Shown here in pieces: positions 15,198-27,684 of a DNA stretch of 64,000 nt. This stretch comes from Eledone cirrhosa. Taxonomy: Eukaryota. The translations under genes were made by a program, and so were the position numbers. A model generated the notes under the pieces. It made no database searches and had not been told where the DNA came from. It saw nothing but the letters and a program-made list of their open reading frames with translations. The number at the start of each line of letters is the position of its first letter. Within the stretch, counting starts at the first letter, position 1. Location: the NCBI GenBank assembly GCA_964016885.1, contig OZ024741.1, forward strand, positions 381,052,001-381,116,000, in the 5' to 3' direction.

Positions 15198-15894
15198 GTA
15201 TATATATGTATGTATATATATGTATATATATGTATGTAAATATATATATGTATATATATGTATGTAAATATATATATATATATATGTATGTATATATATA
15301 TATGTATATATATATAACGAAGGAATTGGGGTAAGGAACCAGATGGACCATAACGCACCAGAGTACTCAATACTTAGGGTAGTAGAGTGGGAAATAGGAA
15401 AAAGTAGGACCCCGAGGGCAGAGCTCAAGCCGTTTCGACGGCTATTTCTGGACTAAATTAGAATTTTTAGCCTGGTGAATAAATAGCCGAACTTGCCAAA
15501 GTGGGAAGATTGTAATTGTCAAGAGGATTGGTTGAAATCAAATAAATCTATCATGGCATTTGGTGGGAAGTAGGGGTGGCTGAGCTTGCCTGTAGAACAA
15601 TAGGGGAGTGAGTGAAGCCGGTCAAACGTTGAAAGTGATATGTATACACCAGATTCTAATAATAGTGGATGAAATGGAGGAACGAGGTTATAGAATAGGT
15701 AATTCGAAAGAGAGTAGGAGACAATAAAAGATAATAGAAAGAAATAAAAAATATATAAAATTAGATAGTGAGAAATGGATTAAAAAAATCATAATGCTAT
15801 CTTACAATTACAGGTTAATAAGTTGAGAATAGAAAAAAATTGTAGAAATGGAGTAGTAACAAAAATGATACAAAATTAAAGGGGTCTAACACAT

Positions 15895-18130
15895 CTGCTC
15901 TAATTTGGATGTAATTCTTTCCATTGAAGAAGAATGTGTTGTTTTCCAGAATAAGTCTGACTGCGTCTAATATAAATGGCACTGTGAATCTGGTGGGAAT
16001 CACTTCTCTATGTTTTTCCACCCAGTATTTAACCGCCTTTATTCCTAAATCATGTGTAATGTTGGTGTAAAGGCTTACCACATCAAAACTAAGTAGAAGT
16101 GAATTCGTTTCCGTGGTTTTGGGAAGATGGAACAGGAAGTTGATATCATCCCGGATGAAACTGGGTATGTGAATACATAGTGGTTTCAAAATAATGTCAA
16201 CAAAATTGCTTAGGCGGCGGGTAGGGCATGTTTTACCAGCTATAATAGGTCTAAGTTTTAAGTCATTTGGTGTAGTAATTTAATGTACTCACTTTTTTGT
16301 TCTTTTACTGACAGTTGGATTTCTTTTGACATGTGAATTTTCGGTAACCCATAAAAGTTGCTGGGCTTTGGCTCATAATTGGTGATATAGTCTCTTTCAT
16401 TATCAGTAAGTGAGTTGTAGTATTTTGAAGCCAGGTTATTGATCTTCTTCATGATGTTGTGGTCTATATTTGACGGTATTTCATGGTAGAATGTTGTGTC
16501 TTTCAGTTGTTCCTCAACAAATCTTTGTAGTATTCAGCATCCATTATAACAATTGCACCCCATTTATCTGCTTGTTTAATTATTATTGTTTTTATCATTT
16601 TGTATACGTTTAAGTGCAGGCATTTCCGATTTGTTAATGTTTGGCCTAACATTAGTATTACGTCTAAGAGGAAATTTAGACATGATATCAATGTATTAGT
16701 CGAGATAGATATTTCTTCCTTTTGGCGGAGTGAAATTTAATTTATTCTTTACTAGTGATTCATCACTCTCATTAATTTTCTCAGCGAAGAATTCTACAAG
16801 TCGTAATTTGCGACAGAATTCTTGGGTATCCTCCTTTAGTTCCTTGTGGTAGACTGTTGGAGTCGGTGTGAATTTTAGTCCTTTTGACAGAATTTGCATT
16901 TCATCATTTTCAAGATCTCTTTTAAATAAAATAATTATTTTAGGATCTACGTGTTCAATTGTTTTGGGTATGTTTCCTCCTGTAATGGGATACTTAGAAC
17001 AACAACTCTACCAAGAAATAGAGGAAAAATATAGCACTGAATTTAGAAAGTACATTGAAAAATCTTGGAAGAGATACCTTGACGACTGTTTCATCATCTG
17101 GACAGAATCTCTAGATAATCTGGATGAGTTCAATAGCCTCCTGAAAAACCTACACCCATCTCTCCATTTTACAAAAGAGATGAGTAGTAACAAATTACCA
17201 TTCCTAGATATAATGGTAATCAAAAACGACACCACCTTTACCACGGATATATACTATAAACACACAGACACCCATCAATATCTGAATTTAAATCGTGCCA
17301 TCCACTTCATACAAAACGCAACATCCCATACTGCCTAGCCAGGAGAATTTGTACCATTGTAAAAGATACAAATACCAGGAACAAACGTCTGACAGAACTG
17401 AGAGAATTGTTGCTCAAACAAAAATACCCATCTCTACTTATGGGAAATGGCATACAGAGGGCTATAAAATACCTATACAACAACTTAGGACAACCGAAGG
17501 AAGGAGAAACCAAGAACTGGTCATACCATTTATAATGACACACAAACTGTCACCATAATATCTTCAACACTACCAAAGCAAACCTACCGATCATTGCTCA
17601 AAGTAATGAATTAAAAGGTTTAATCACAGACCGAGCTTTTATTCTTGGTAAAAGACAGCTGAAAAATTTGAAGCAATTACTAACATAACAAAGAAAAGTT
17701 TGACCTTAACAACATAGACCAATCATTCACTGTATCTAAACGCAATTATAGTCGACGTGGCACATGTCAGTTCATACATACTGATCAATATATGAACACA
17801 AAAACTGGAAAAATATTCCCAAATGCAAATATGAACTGCAAAAGCAGAAATGTAATTTACTGCATTAAATGCCCGAATTGTGAAGAACTGGAAAGTGTCG
17901 GTCAAACTGGAATTGCACTATCGAAACGTGCACCGGTTCACCGACAGAAAATCAGAGACCTAAATGTCCGTCAGATACCGCTAAGTAATCATCTAGCAAC
18001 TTGTGGTCAGAAAATATTTATAATATTTCCATTCTACAAACTACACAGCCCAAGTGAAATCAAGAGAAAAATTAAAGAAAAGAATTTTATTGATAAATTC
18101 CAACCCAAGCTAAATGAACAATAATAATGC
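15895..18130. mobile_element. Penelope-like element (Neptune-like) with inverted 5' half
   Basis: Minus strand 15895-16960: LSKGLKFTPTP, IKQADK, FYGLPKIH, SFDVVSLYTNITH, FNGKNYIQI; plus strand 16984-18124: MGYLE, WKRYLDDCFIIW, LPFLDI, YYKHTDTHQYL, then GIY-YIG NCKSRNVIYCIKCPNC..VGQTG..FQPKLN. Confidence 0.88.
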
Positions 18131-18639
18131 TTAGGGGTATTACTTCTACTATGACTACGCTTAAGACCATGTCGACTACCACCACTGACAACAACAACAA
18201 CAATAATAATAATAATAAAAGTGATGCTGATGTTGATGATTACTGAAGATCTTTTATATAAACCCTAGAAAACGCTATTTTCATCATTTCTAAAAATAGG
18301 AAAACAATTGATGCTTTGGATAGGGTCAAATAGAAGTCGTTAAACATACTCAACCAACCGTAACGCCTAAACCAATCAGCTTTAGTAATCTAGTGAAACC
18401 ACACACCGATTGGTCGAAATACAGTTTGCAAAAGATAACATTCCGTAGCCCCTTTTTACTCTATATAAGGCACAGATTACAGCCATCTCATTACAGTTGA
18501 AAGTTGCAAACTTGGCTGTCACCAATGAATATGAACCCGAAGATAGCGAAAGCATGGAAGTACTTGTTCAATTAACATTTAACATTTAATATTCTATCAT
18601 AATATTTCATTATAATATCATTATAATTTTAAAGGATTG

Positions 18640-18960
18640 TAAATAAAACGAGTAAATCAGAAGAGGTCCGTCATTAGTGATCTTCCAGCCGTCATAGGTA
18701 TTTCTTCGCATTAAAGATCATATACCTCTGGTTGGTGCGAGCAATAACTAAAAAATATTATTGGGACACGTAGAATAGGGTGAAGCGAGCAGGACATGTA
18801 AACAAACAGGGATGTAATGCAACTGAAAGAGAGGAAGAGGGGAACAAGTCCGTGATATCTATGAACTTAAGTTCGATGAATCACGCGAGAGGAGAGACAC
18901 AGACGCGTCCAAGCCATGTGAGATGTAAGCGATAAAAGAATTTCACACAGGTCTGACGGG
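18640..18960. repeat. Diverged copy of the repeat family at 26660-27400
   Basis: gtccgtcat...ggtatttcttcgcattaaaga...gtgcgagc.ataactaaa is shared with 26733-26830. Confidence 0.7.
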
Positions 18961-19049
18961 ATGGCGAGTATTATATATATATATATATTTTTTTTGGGGG
19001 GGGGGGGGGATCGATCGACTTTCGTCAAATTGGACCTAGGAAACAATGT

Positions 19050-19112
<63 letters not shown>

Positions 19113-19120
<8 letters not shown>

Positions 19121-19239
19121 TAACAGATTAAAGTTTAAGCAAAGAATCGCTGCTTTCACCCTTAACGGGATCTTCAGAAGATCTCGTTAAGGGTGAAAGC
19201 AGCGATTCTTTGCTTAAACTTTAATCTGTTATTTTAATA
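19113..19239. repeat. Near-perfect ~125-bp palindrome next to (TA)n
   Basis: attaaaataacagattaaagtttaagcaaagaatcgctgctttcacccttaacgggatcttc-a-gaagatctcgttaagggtgaaagcagcgattctttgcttaaactttaatctgttattttaat. Confidence 0.93.
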
Positions 19240-19386
19240 AATATTTGCTCTACGGTTCTTATATATTTGATATATATTTTCCTTATCGAACCCTCTTTGG
19301 ATTTTAGTCTACAATTTTATTATTATTACTATATATATATATATATATATATATACATAAATATATATATATATATATACACATAC

Positions 19387-19466
<80 letters not shown>

Positions 19467-19471
<5 letters not shown>

Positions 19472-19663
19472 AACACGTATAACCCCGACGGCAGAGCTTA
19501 AGCCGTTTCGACGGCTAATTCAGAGTCCAGAATTAGCTGTCGAAACGGCTTAAGCTCTGTCGTCTGGGTCATACTTGTTCCTATTACCCACTCTACTACC
19601 CTAAGTATTGAGTACTTTGGTGCGTTATGGTCCATCTGGTTCCTTACCACATTTCCTTCGTTA
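19467..19663. repeat. Fold-back copy of the 476-620 repeat family
   Basis: Arms gacggcagagcttaagccgtttcgacggctaattc / gaattagctgtcgaaacggcttaagctctgtcgtc, flanked by (TA)n on both sides. Confidence 0.88.
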
Positions 19664-19729
19664 TATATATATATATATATATATAGTGACGAAACATATT
19701 CAATTGCATGAACTCATAAGCCTTTATTT

Positions 19730-19785
19730 ACTGCTATATATATTTCGATGATAGCCATTGAATGGCTATAACCTCATAAGGCAGT
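19730..19785 (-). ncRNA. Type I hammerhead ribozyme motif with a core substitution (CUUAUGA)
   Basis: Minus strand reads ACTGC-CTTATGA-GGTTATAGCCAT TCA ATGGCTATCATC-GAA-ATATATAT-A-GCAGT-AAATAAA: 5-bp stem I, hairpin stem II, palindromic stem III. Confidence 0.7.
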
Positions 19786-20236
19786 TAGTCAGTTCTTAGA
19801 TATGCCATCTCTGTGTTTATGGCGTTGATGGTATCAGAGCCTTGGGATATATGAGCTTGTTAGGAATAATTTTATGTTGTCAGCAGGAATAATCTTAATT
19901 CTCATTGGTCAGTTTGTAGATGCTAGTAGGGTTGGTATTTGATCTCAAAGAGGCAGGTGGTGTTGTAAAGTTCAAACCATCAGACAAGATGACAATAGTT
20001 CCATATGACTGATTTTCACAAAAAGCATTCCTGGTCAGATATATATTCAATTGAGGTTTATAGTATGAAATTCGATAATACAGGTTATTCTTAAATTGAT
20101 GAATTTATGTGGGGTGGTACTATTGAAAATTATGGTTAGAGTAGAATACTAGAAAATTTACATATAAAAAGACTTATGTTGGTTGACTTGCACCCCACAT
20201 CCACACACACACATCCACACATACAAATATAATATA

Positions 20237-20385
<149 letters not shown>

Positions 20386-21859
20386 GTGACCAAATTAAAT
20401 TTTAAAGAAAGAGCAATTTGAGCCAATTTTTCTTATAAAGCAGAAAAAAATGTTGAACTATAACTAGATGTGAGACAAATCATAACAGAAACACAACCCC
20501 TCCACCTCAATTTTACTTTTGAAAATCATAGGAAACACAAAACCATAGTCAACGGGTGGCACAAATACCGAATTGGAGAAAAGGATTTGGGGTTTTACAC
20601 CAAAGCCCGTTTTCTGATGCCCCTCATGCTGAAATGGATACATTACGGCACCAACTTCTGCAATGTTTGCACCTTATTCAGCTTCCTCACTTCCATAATT
20701 CATGAACACGGCTATGAGATAATTGAACTCAATAGTGGAACTCAAATCACATGTAGAGAGTACTGCGCAGACATCCCCGAAACAACATCTATATATTTTG
20801 GAAATCTGATAAGACAAAAATCTGTACGTTGCTTTCCCCAAGCTAGCTTAGAGACAAGATTACTTCAAATGCATTGTTTTAACTTTTTCTAAAAGACATT
20901 GGCCACGTTATGCTATGGAGATTTCTTTCCCTTAATATACTTTTAGTATCTAAACACCACTACACATAGTTTGAGTTGTAAATTACGTTGTTAATCTCAG
21001 ATGCTTTATATGTTTTTTTTCCAATAAACTGCGAGATATGCATAGAAACAAGGTGTGTGTATATAAATGTGTTAATATTTTGTATGTATATATATATATA
21101 TATATATAATAATCTCGATCTCTCTCTTTCTCTCCCTCTCTCTCTCTCCCACTCTCTCCCTCTCTCCCTCTCTCTCTATATATATATGTATATATATACA
21201 TATATATATATATATACACAAAATATTAACACATTTATATACACGCACACGCATACATATAGAGAAAGGCATGCATACACACACACACACACATATATGT
21301 ATGTGTGTGCGTGTGGATTTATAAATATACACATGCGCACGTGTAAATACGTGTAATACACTTCAGTCTACTTACTGAACTTAGTGTTCAACATTGTAAT
21401 TTCATTTTCTGTCCTTATTTTATCAAATAACGGCATAAGGCTTTAGGCAAACAAACACGATTGCACTGTAGTGTATGCATTAAGTATGTTTCTGTCTAGA
21501 TCTGAACAAACAGAAAACTGATTCATATACACGTACTTATTCACATACGCACACCGACACACGTACATTCATACACACACACACTCACGCACACATATGT
21601 GTGTGTGTGTGCATACATATACAACATACACGCGAGCGCATCAGGGATTCCTTTAATGCTTTCGAATTAATATATTTCTTCAACCTTTTCAGAAACCCAT
21701 CCGAACAATATGATTTCATTTTATTCTGACTGTATTCTAACACCACTCCCCCACCACTGCATCACAAATGTTGCATAATGCAATATGGAATATAAGAGTG
21801 AAATTCTTTGATTTTTAGAAGGTGGCCGTTCGTTTAGTTAGTATCATCATGTGTTTTAA

Positions 21860-22055
21860 GGCATTGGATTTGTAGAATCGGTAGCGGATCAGACAAAATG
21901 CTTGTCGGTATTTGTTCCGGCCCTTTACGTTCTCCGTTCAAATCCCACAGAGATCAAACTTGGGGTTCGCTAAAATAAAGTACCAGTCAAGTACTTTGGT
22001 CTATATAAGCGAGTGCTTCTTTCATTTCAAATTACTGGCCTTGTACCCCAAATTG
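21860..22055 (+). mobile_element. tRNA-derived SINE, diverged
   Basis: gaatcggtagc...gacaaaatgctt...gttcaaatccc...taaaataaagtaccagt...ggccttgt. Confidence 0.7.
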
Positions 22056-23300
22056 ATCCCATTATTCCTTTCACTTTATTTGTGGCAGAGCAATCGGCAA
22101 TAGGCGCTGAGGCGTGAGCATCACGAGTTGAAATGACTCTTCCGGCGCATCTCTATTACCACCCCCCGAGGAAAAGCCTTCTCCATTCTGTCTGCCGGGG
22201 CCGTGGTGCGGTCAACGCATGGGACCCCATTTGCTCATAATACAGAGAGATGGGAGTGTTAGAGAGATGGGCGAAGACAGTGGGAGTTCAGCTCTTCCAT
22301 ATTCGGCCCCGTTGGGAGGCAGAATATGATTCAGCCATCAGAAGTAGTATCAATCAATTAATTAGAAAACATTTCAATATTATTGGAAAAGGAGAGCAGC
22401 CCCATTAGATTAAATAAAGTACCTATTTGCAATTGTCAAATGTAAAAAAACACAGGTAAATGTTCAACGAGAGAACGGCGGAAAATCTATATGGCTGCTC
22501 TGTATGTCTAGAAATTACAATGGGATATTCACCAAATAACTCCATACCATTTTAGAAACAGAGACATTTGATAATGTCGTTTTGGCTTCTCTTAGCTATA
22601 TCTGCCAGGTTTTTTAAAGTTATGGGTTTTGATCCACCAATGTTAAATTTACTTTTCATTCTTCTGGGTTTGATAAAAGTAAGTACTTGATTTGATTGAA
22701 TCGACTAACAGTGCAAAGGCACTTGTGGCCGTTAGTCTTTGTGAGCGAAGATAATTAATATAAATAGAATGACCCAGTTTTTCTGTGTTCTACATACCTA
22801 TAACATAGTTCCTTTATAAATGTAGCATTGATTCCTTAATCATTGCATTGCACAACTTGAGGCATATTCATATGGAAAAAAAATATTCACCCTAAAATTT
22901 AATGTAGAGTTTGCCACGATATTTCCTTTCGAATAATAGATGTTTGATCTACATAGATGATATTTTGATATAAAATACCAGTCCGTTAAAAAGCGTTAAT
23001 ATTATTGTATTGAATTTCATTAACTTAAAGAAGAAAAAGTAAAGTTATGAATTTAATTTGTACAGCATATATAATATACCAGTTCTCTTAATAGATGTGT
23101 GTAGCAAGCAAGATGTTACATGTTGAGAATACAAACAGATATCCACATACGCATGCACACTCGGTCACACACGCACACATACATACACACATGTTTATAA
23201 AGTATATAAGTATAGTTACATTCTCGATTTGTTTGCTCCCAGGTAAAATCATAAATGTCTAATAGATGAAAAATAGTTTCTATGTAATGTTATTTGAATA

Positions 23301-25050
23301 CACCGTGTAACAAAAAAAATATTTTCTCTGTTCCTGGCTTGTAATCACTTTTTTTGTGTTGCTTAGGTCCCAAATAAAAAAAAAAAAAAAAGTGCTATTA
23401 AACAGTTAAAAGTTTGTGTTTGTAAAAATTCTAAGCTATTCACTAAAATTATTTGTATGCTGGATTTTAGGTTGTAGGTAATTTTAATTTGCTTATGTTA
23501 AATGATTTTGTTTATATATGTTTCAGGTTAAATTAAAATTATAAAATAAAGAGTAATACCTAACGAAAATTATAAAAGTGCAATAAAGTATAAAATTGTT
23601 AAAAAGTGGATTAAAAAGATTTATTGATACTGGATTTTCGCACTCTGAATAAAGGGTAAGTTGTGTTTTAAGCATTCGTCTCCAGGATGAAGCAGTGGAA
23701 CTTGGTTAAGGAAGTGCAGATGACAAGTCAGAGAAGTCGATACGAACCTTTCTCAGGCTTTTACACTCTTAGGGATGGCCTCTGCTTCTGCCATGACGTG
23801 TCTGGACTGTTTGACGTTATTGGGGTGCCATTTGTGCCCAATGAGTGGCGGCTATTTATAGACTGCTCCACCACAAGTTTGAAGGCTGTTCTCCTCCACA
23901 ATGGAAACAAGTTCTCGACACTGCCCCTAGCTCATTCAGTCTGCCTGAAGGAAGATTACTACAGTGTGAAAGTCCTCTTAGAAGCGCTACAATACAACCA
24001 GTACAATTGGGAAATCATTGGAGACTTCAAGATGGTGGCTTTCCTGCTTGGACTCCAAGGAGGCTTTATCAAATTCCAATGCTTCCTCTGCCTTTGGGAC
24101 AGCAGAGCCACCTCTGACCACTACAAAAGAAAGAACTGGGAGCAGCGAACAGAATTTGTAGTTGGGACCCGGAACGTCATGCGTAGCCACTGGTTGTTCC
24201 CAGGATTGTGCTCATGCCGCCACTGCACATTAAGTTGGGGTTGATGAAGCAGTTTGAGAAGGCTCTCAACCAAGAATCAGCCGCTTTTAAGTACCTTCTT
24301 GAGTTCTTCCCCAAGTTATCTGAGCCAAAATCAAAGGTGGAATTTTTGTTGGACCTCAGATAAAGAAGGTATTTGAGTCTACCGAGTTCTCCAATAAGCA
24401 CAATAGGGCTGAGAGAACAGCATGGAACTGTTGCAAGGCAGTTGTTAAGGGCTTCCTGGGCAACTACAGAGCTGAAAACTACCAGCAACTGATGCAGGAT
24501 CTGATAAAGGCTTTTGGCGCCATGGGATGCAGGATGTCGCTTAAACTCCATATGCTGGACGCTCACCTGGAAAAATTCAAGGCAAGGACAATATGAGCGC
24601 CTACTCAGAAGAACAAGGTGAACGATTCCACCAAGATGTGAAAGAGATAGAGCTGAGGTACCAGGGCCACTACAATGAAAAAATGATGGGGGACTATATC
24701 TGGGGACTAGTGCCGGAATGCGACCTGGACTACAACCGCAAATCCAGGAAATCCAGTCATTTCTGACGTGTAAAATTTGCTTTATAAGTGTTATTTGTTT
24801 TTACTTGTTTGCTTTTGATAAGCTTGTGTAATAAAATAAATATATACTCTGTTAATTTAAATAATATGAACTGATAAATTTAAAAAAATGTGTTTTTTCT
24901 TGAAAAATATGAAAATTTCGAAATATCAAACTCCTGACCACAAACCCAAACTTCTGATTAAATAATAGTGTTTTTTTAAAAATAATAATGGAATATAACA
25001 AACCAGAAATGACACTTAGAACCGGGCAACAAAAAATATGTTACACGGTG
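23301..25050 (+). mobile_element. Chapaev3-type (CMC superfamily) DNA transposon, internally deleted and decayed
   Basis: TIRs caccgtgtaaca (23301-23312) / tgttacacggtg (25039-25050), with longer imperfect subterminal similarity; flanks ata / tta consistent with a degenerate 3-bp TWA TSD. Confidence 0.85.
23687..24766 (+). pseudogene. Chapaev3-type transposase C-terminal portion, frameshifted
   Basis: WRLFIDCS..SLKAVLLHNGN, IGDFKMV..LLGLQGGF..CFLCLWDSRA; other frames give PPLHIKLGLMKQF, MSLKLHML, SEEQGERFHQD...RYQG...MMGDYIWGL. Confidence 0.85.
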
Positions 25051-25315
25051 TTATTTGTTTGTTTATTTATTTATTTGTTTGTTTATTAATTAATTTATTT
25101 ATTATTATTATTCGTAGCGCTTTTGTTTTGGCAGATGTTATACCGACACTATACCAAAGGGTGAGGCATAGCCAAAGGCAAAGTGCTCTGCGTCATTCCT
25201 TCTCCTTCAACTTTCAACTAGCTTCACAAGCCATGCAACCAACCATCTACTAAATCCTCCCAGTGCTCCAAGCACAATCGGTACTACTTTTACGTGTCTG
25301 ATTCTCCACATATTA

Positions 25316-26350
25316 TTGGTAGATTGGCATATCGGTAGAGCCTTGGACAACATGCTTCGCGGCATAGAGTTACGGCTCGTTACGTTCTGATTTCAAATCC
25401 CGCCGAGGTCAACTTTGCCTTTCATCCTTACTCGGTCGATAAAATAAAGTACGGTGCCACTAATTCACTGGCGTTGATTTATCGACATTCCCCTCCCCCC
25501 CCACATTGCTGGTCTTGTGCCTATACTAGTAGGAATCATTATTATTATTATTATAAGGGCGGTGGATTGGCAGTATCGGTATAGGGTCGGACACCATGCT
25601 TTGACGTATAGAGTTACGGCCCTTGCCATTCTGAGTTCAAATCCCGCCGAGGTTCACTTTGCCTTTCATCCTTACGGGGTCGATAAAATAAAGTACCAGT
25701 AATGCACTGGATATGTGCTGGCCTTGTGCCAAACGTAGAAACAATTATTATTATTATTATTATTATTATTGGATTGACAGTATCAGTAGAGCGTCGGACG
25801 CTATGCTTCGCGACGTAGAGTTACATCCCTTTACATTCTGAGTTCAAATGCTGCCGATGTTAGATATGCCATTAGTCATTACGAGGTTGATAAAATAAAG
25901 CACCTGTATGCACTGGGGTCGACTTCCCCTCACCCAACATTGCTGGCCTTGTGCCTTCAGTAGAAATCATTATTACTATTATTGGGTGGATTGGGAGTAT
26001 CGGTAGAGGGTCGGACGCCATGCTTTCCAGCATAGTTACGTCCCTTTATGATCTGAGTTCAAATCCCGCCGAGGTTGACTTTGCCTTTCATCCTTACGGG
26101 GTCGATAAAATAAAGTACCAGTAATGCACTGGGTGATTGCTGGCCTTATGCCTAAAGTAGAAACAATTATTACTATTATTAATGTCTTCTGATATTAGTT
26201 TGGCTATTTACGTTATTAGTTCAAATACTTTCGGGTTCAATTTTGCCTTTCATCATTTCCGCGTCAATAAAATAAAGTACAACAAAAGTACTGTCGATAT
26301 AACCAAGTTTCGCTTCCAAATTACTGCTCTTGTGCCGAAACAAGAAATTA
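25316..26350 (+). mobile_element. Head-to-tail cluster of about five tRNA-derived SINEs separated by (ATT)n tails
   Basis: Repeated ggattggcagtatcggtagag..tcggac..catgctt...gagttcaaatcccgccgaggt..actttgcctttcatccttacggggtcgataaaataaagtacc at ~25320, 25558, 25770, 25985 and 26200. Confidence 0.9.
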
Positions 26351-26627
26351 TTATTAACAGTGTCCTCTAGCATTTGTTCTGTTTATTTTTTTTACGTTCT
26401 AAATTCTTGCCGAATTTACCTTTGACTTTCATCCAGTTATGTACTGGGGTCAATTTAATATACCAGGCTTTGTTATTATTTTTATCATGTTTTCAAACAA
26501 TTGATTTTCTCCTTTGCAGTATTGTGTTGAATGTTACATCTGCTTTATTAGATTTATTTGGTCCTTTTCTGTGCGCTGCCAAATCACTTAATATTTTTAC
26601 TCTACTTTTCAGTGGTAATTTTTCGAT

Positions 26628-26659
<32 letters not shown>

Positions 26660-26665
<6 letters not shown>

Positions 26666-27397
26666 TGAAAAATGGCGTGCTGCGTTGTTGCGAATATGAA
26701 CATATGAATAAAAAAAAACCGAGAAACAAGAATGTCCGTCATCAGTAGCCTGCTGATTATCATTGGTATTTCTTCGCATTAAAGACTAGATACCTAAAAT
26801 CAGTGCGAGCGATAACTAAATTAAGTTATCAGGACAGAGGAACACAGAGGAAAGGAAACAAACAACATGGTAGTGATGCAACGTAAAGAGAGGAAAAGAG
26901 AGACAAGTCAATGGATAGCAATAAGGTCTGTCACCTTACTGCTATCCTCTTTCTATCTCCCCCTTCTCTCTCCTTCACCTCTTGCTTTCCTCCACTCCCG
27001 CTGCTGGTCACTCACTCTCAGCTGGCCCATTCCTCACACTTTCACTCGCTCACTCTCTGCTACTCCTCCTCTCTCACTTCCTCCCGTCTGACCTGCGTGA
27101 AATATTCTTTCCTCTCTCACTTTTCTCGTGGCTCCGACGCGTCTGTTTATTCTCGTCATTTGATTTGTCGGACTTAAGCCCACAAGATTCATTGACTTGT
27201 CTCTCTTTTCCTCTCTTTACGTTGCATTACTACCATGTTGTTTGTTTCCTTTCCTCTGTTTTCCTCAGTCCCGATAACTTAATTTAGTTATCGCTCGCAC
27301 TGATTTTAGGTATCTACTCTTTAATGCGTAGAAATACCAATGGTAACCAGAAGGCTACTGATGACGGACCTTCTTGTTTCTCGGTCTATTTTTATTC

Positions 27398-27400
<3 letters not shown>
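26660..27400. repeat. Inverted-repeat element (~230-bp arms) in (TA)n carrying CTGATGA on both arms; probable PLE pseudo-LTR pair
   Basis: 26700-26915 is the reverse complement of ~27190-27400; tcatcag at 26739-26745 and ctgatga at 27358-27364. Confidence 0.85.
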
Positions 27401-27429
<29 letters not shown>

Positions 27430-27470
27430 TTAAAATAACAGGAGGCTGGACTGGTGTAAATCCTTGAAAG

Positions 27471-27540
27471 GTTTATTATACTATGATCATTTCAATGACC
27501 GGATTCCGTATGAATCCGCTGATTTCTCTCAAGTATTCGA
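27471..27540 (-). ncRNA. Degenerate copy of the 31309-31372 hammerhead (core mutated)
   Basis: Minus strand atacttgagagaaatcagcggattcatacggaatccggtcattgaaatgatcatagtataataaa; CTGATGA lost, remainder retained. Confidence 0.6.
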
Positions 27541-27589
27541 AATATAACAAAGCAATATAACAGATAAAATCAAAGACAAAGAAAGGAGT

Positions 27590-27633
27590 CGAGCATATAT
27601 ATATATATGTATGTGTGTGTTTGGTATATATAT

Positions 27634-27684
<51 letters not shown>

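Noticed and set aside
19140-19177. Minus-strand CTGAAGA-tcccgttaagggt-GAAA in the palindrome
   Set aside because: Core and stem II are present but no NUH triplet or stem I follows; at most a broken hammerhead
20470-20892. 140-aa ORF in non-repetitive-looking DNA
   Set aside because: GTG start, no recognisable motif and no clear splice context
25316-26350. CRISPR-like or tRNA gene array
   Set aside because: Eukaryotic context, ~200-bp diverged SINE units, no spacer structure and no complete cloverleaf
26680-27400. CTGATGA on both arms as complete hammerheads
   Set aside because: The downstream GAAA half is truncated by (TA)n or degenerate; the same applies to the lone motif near 197-203
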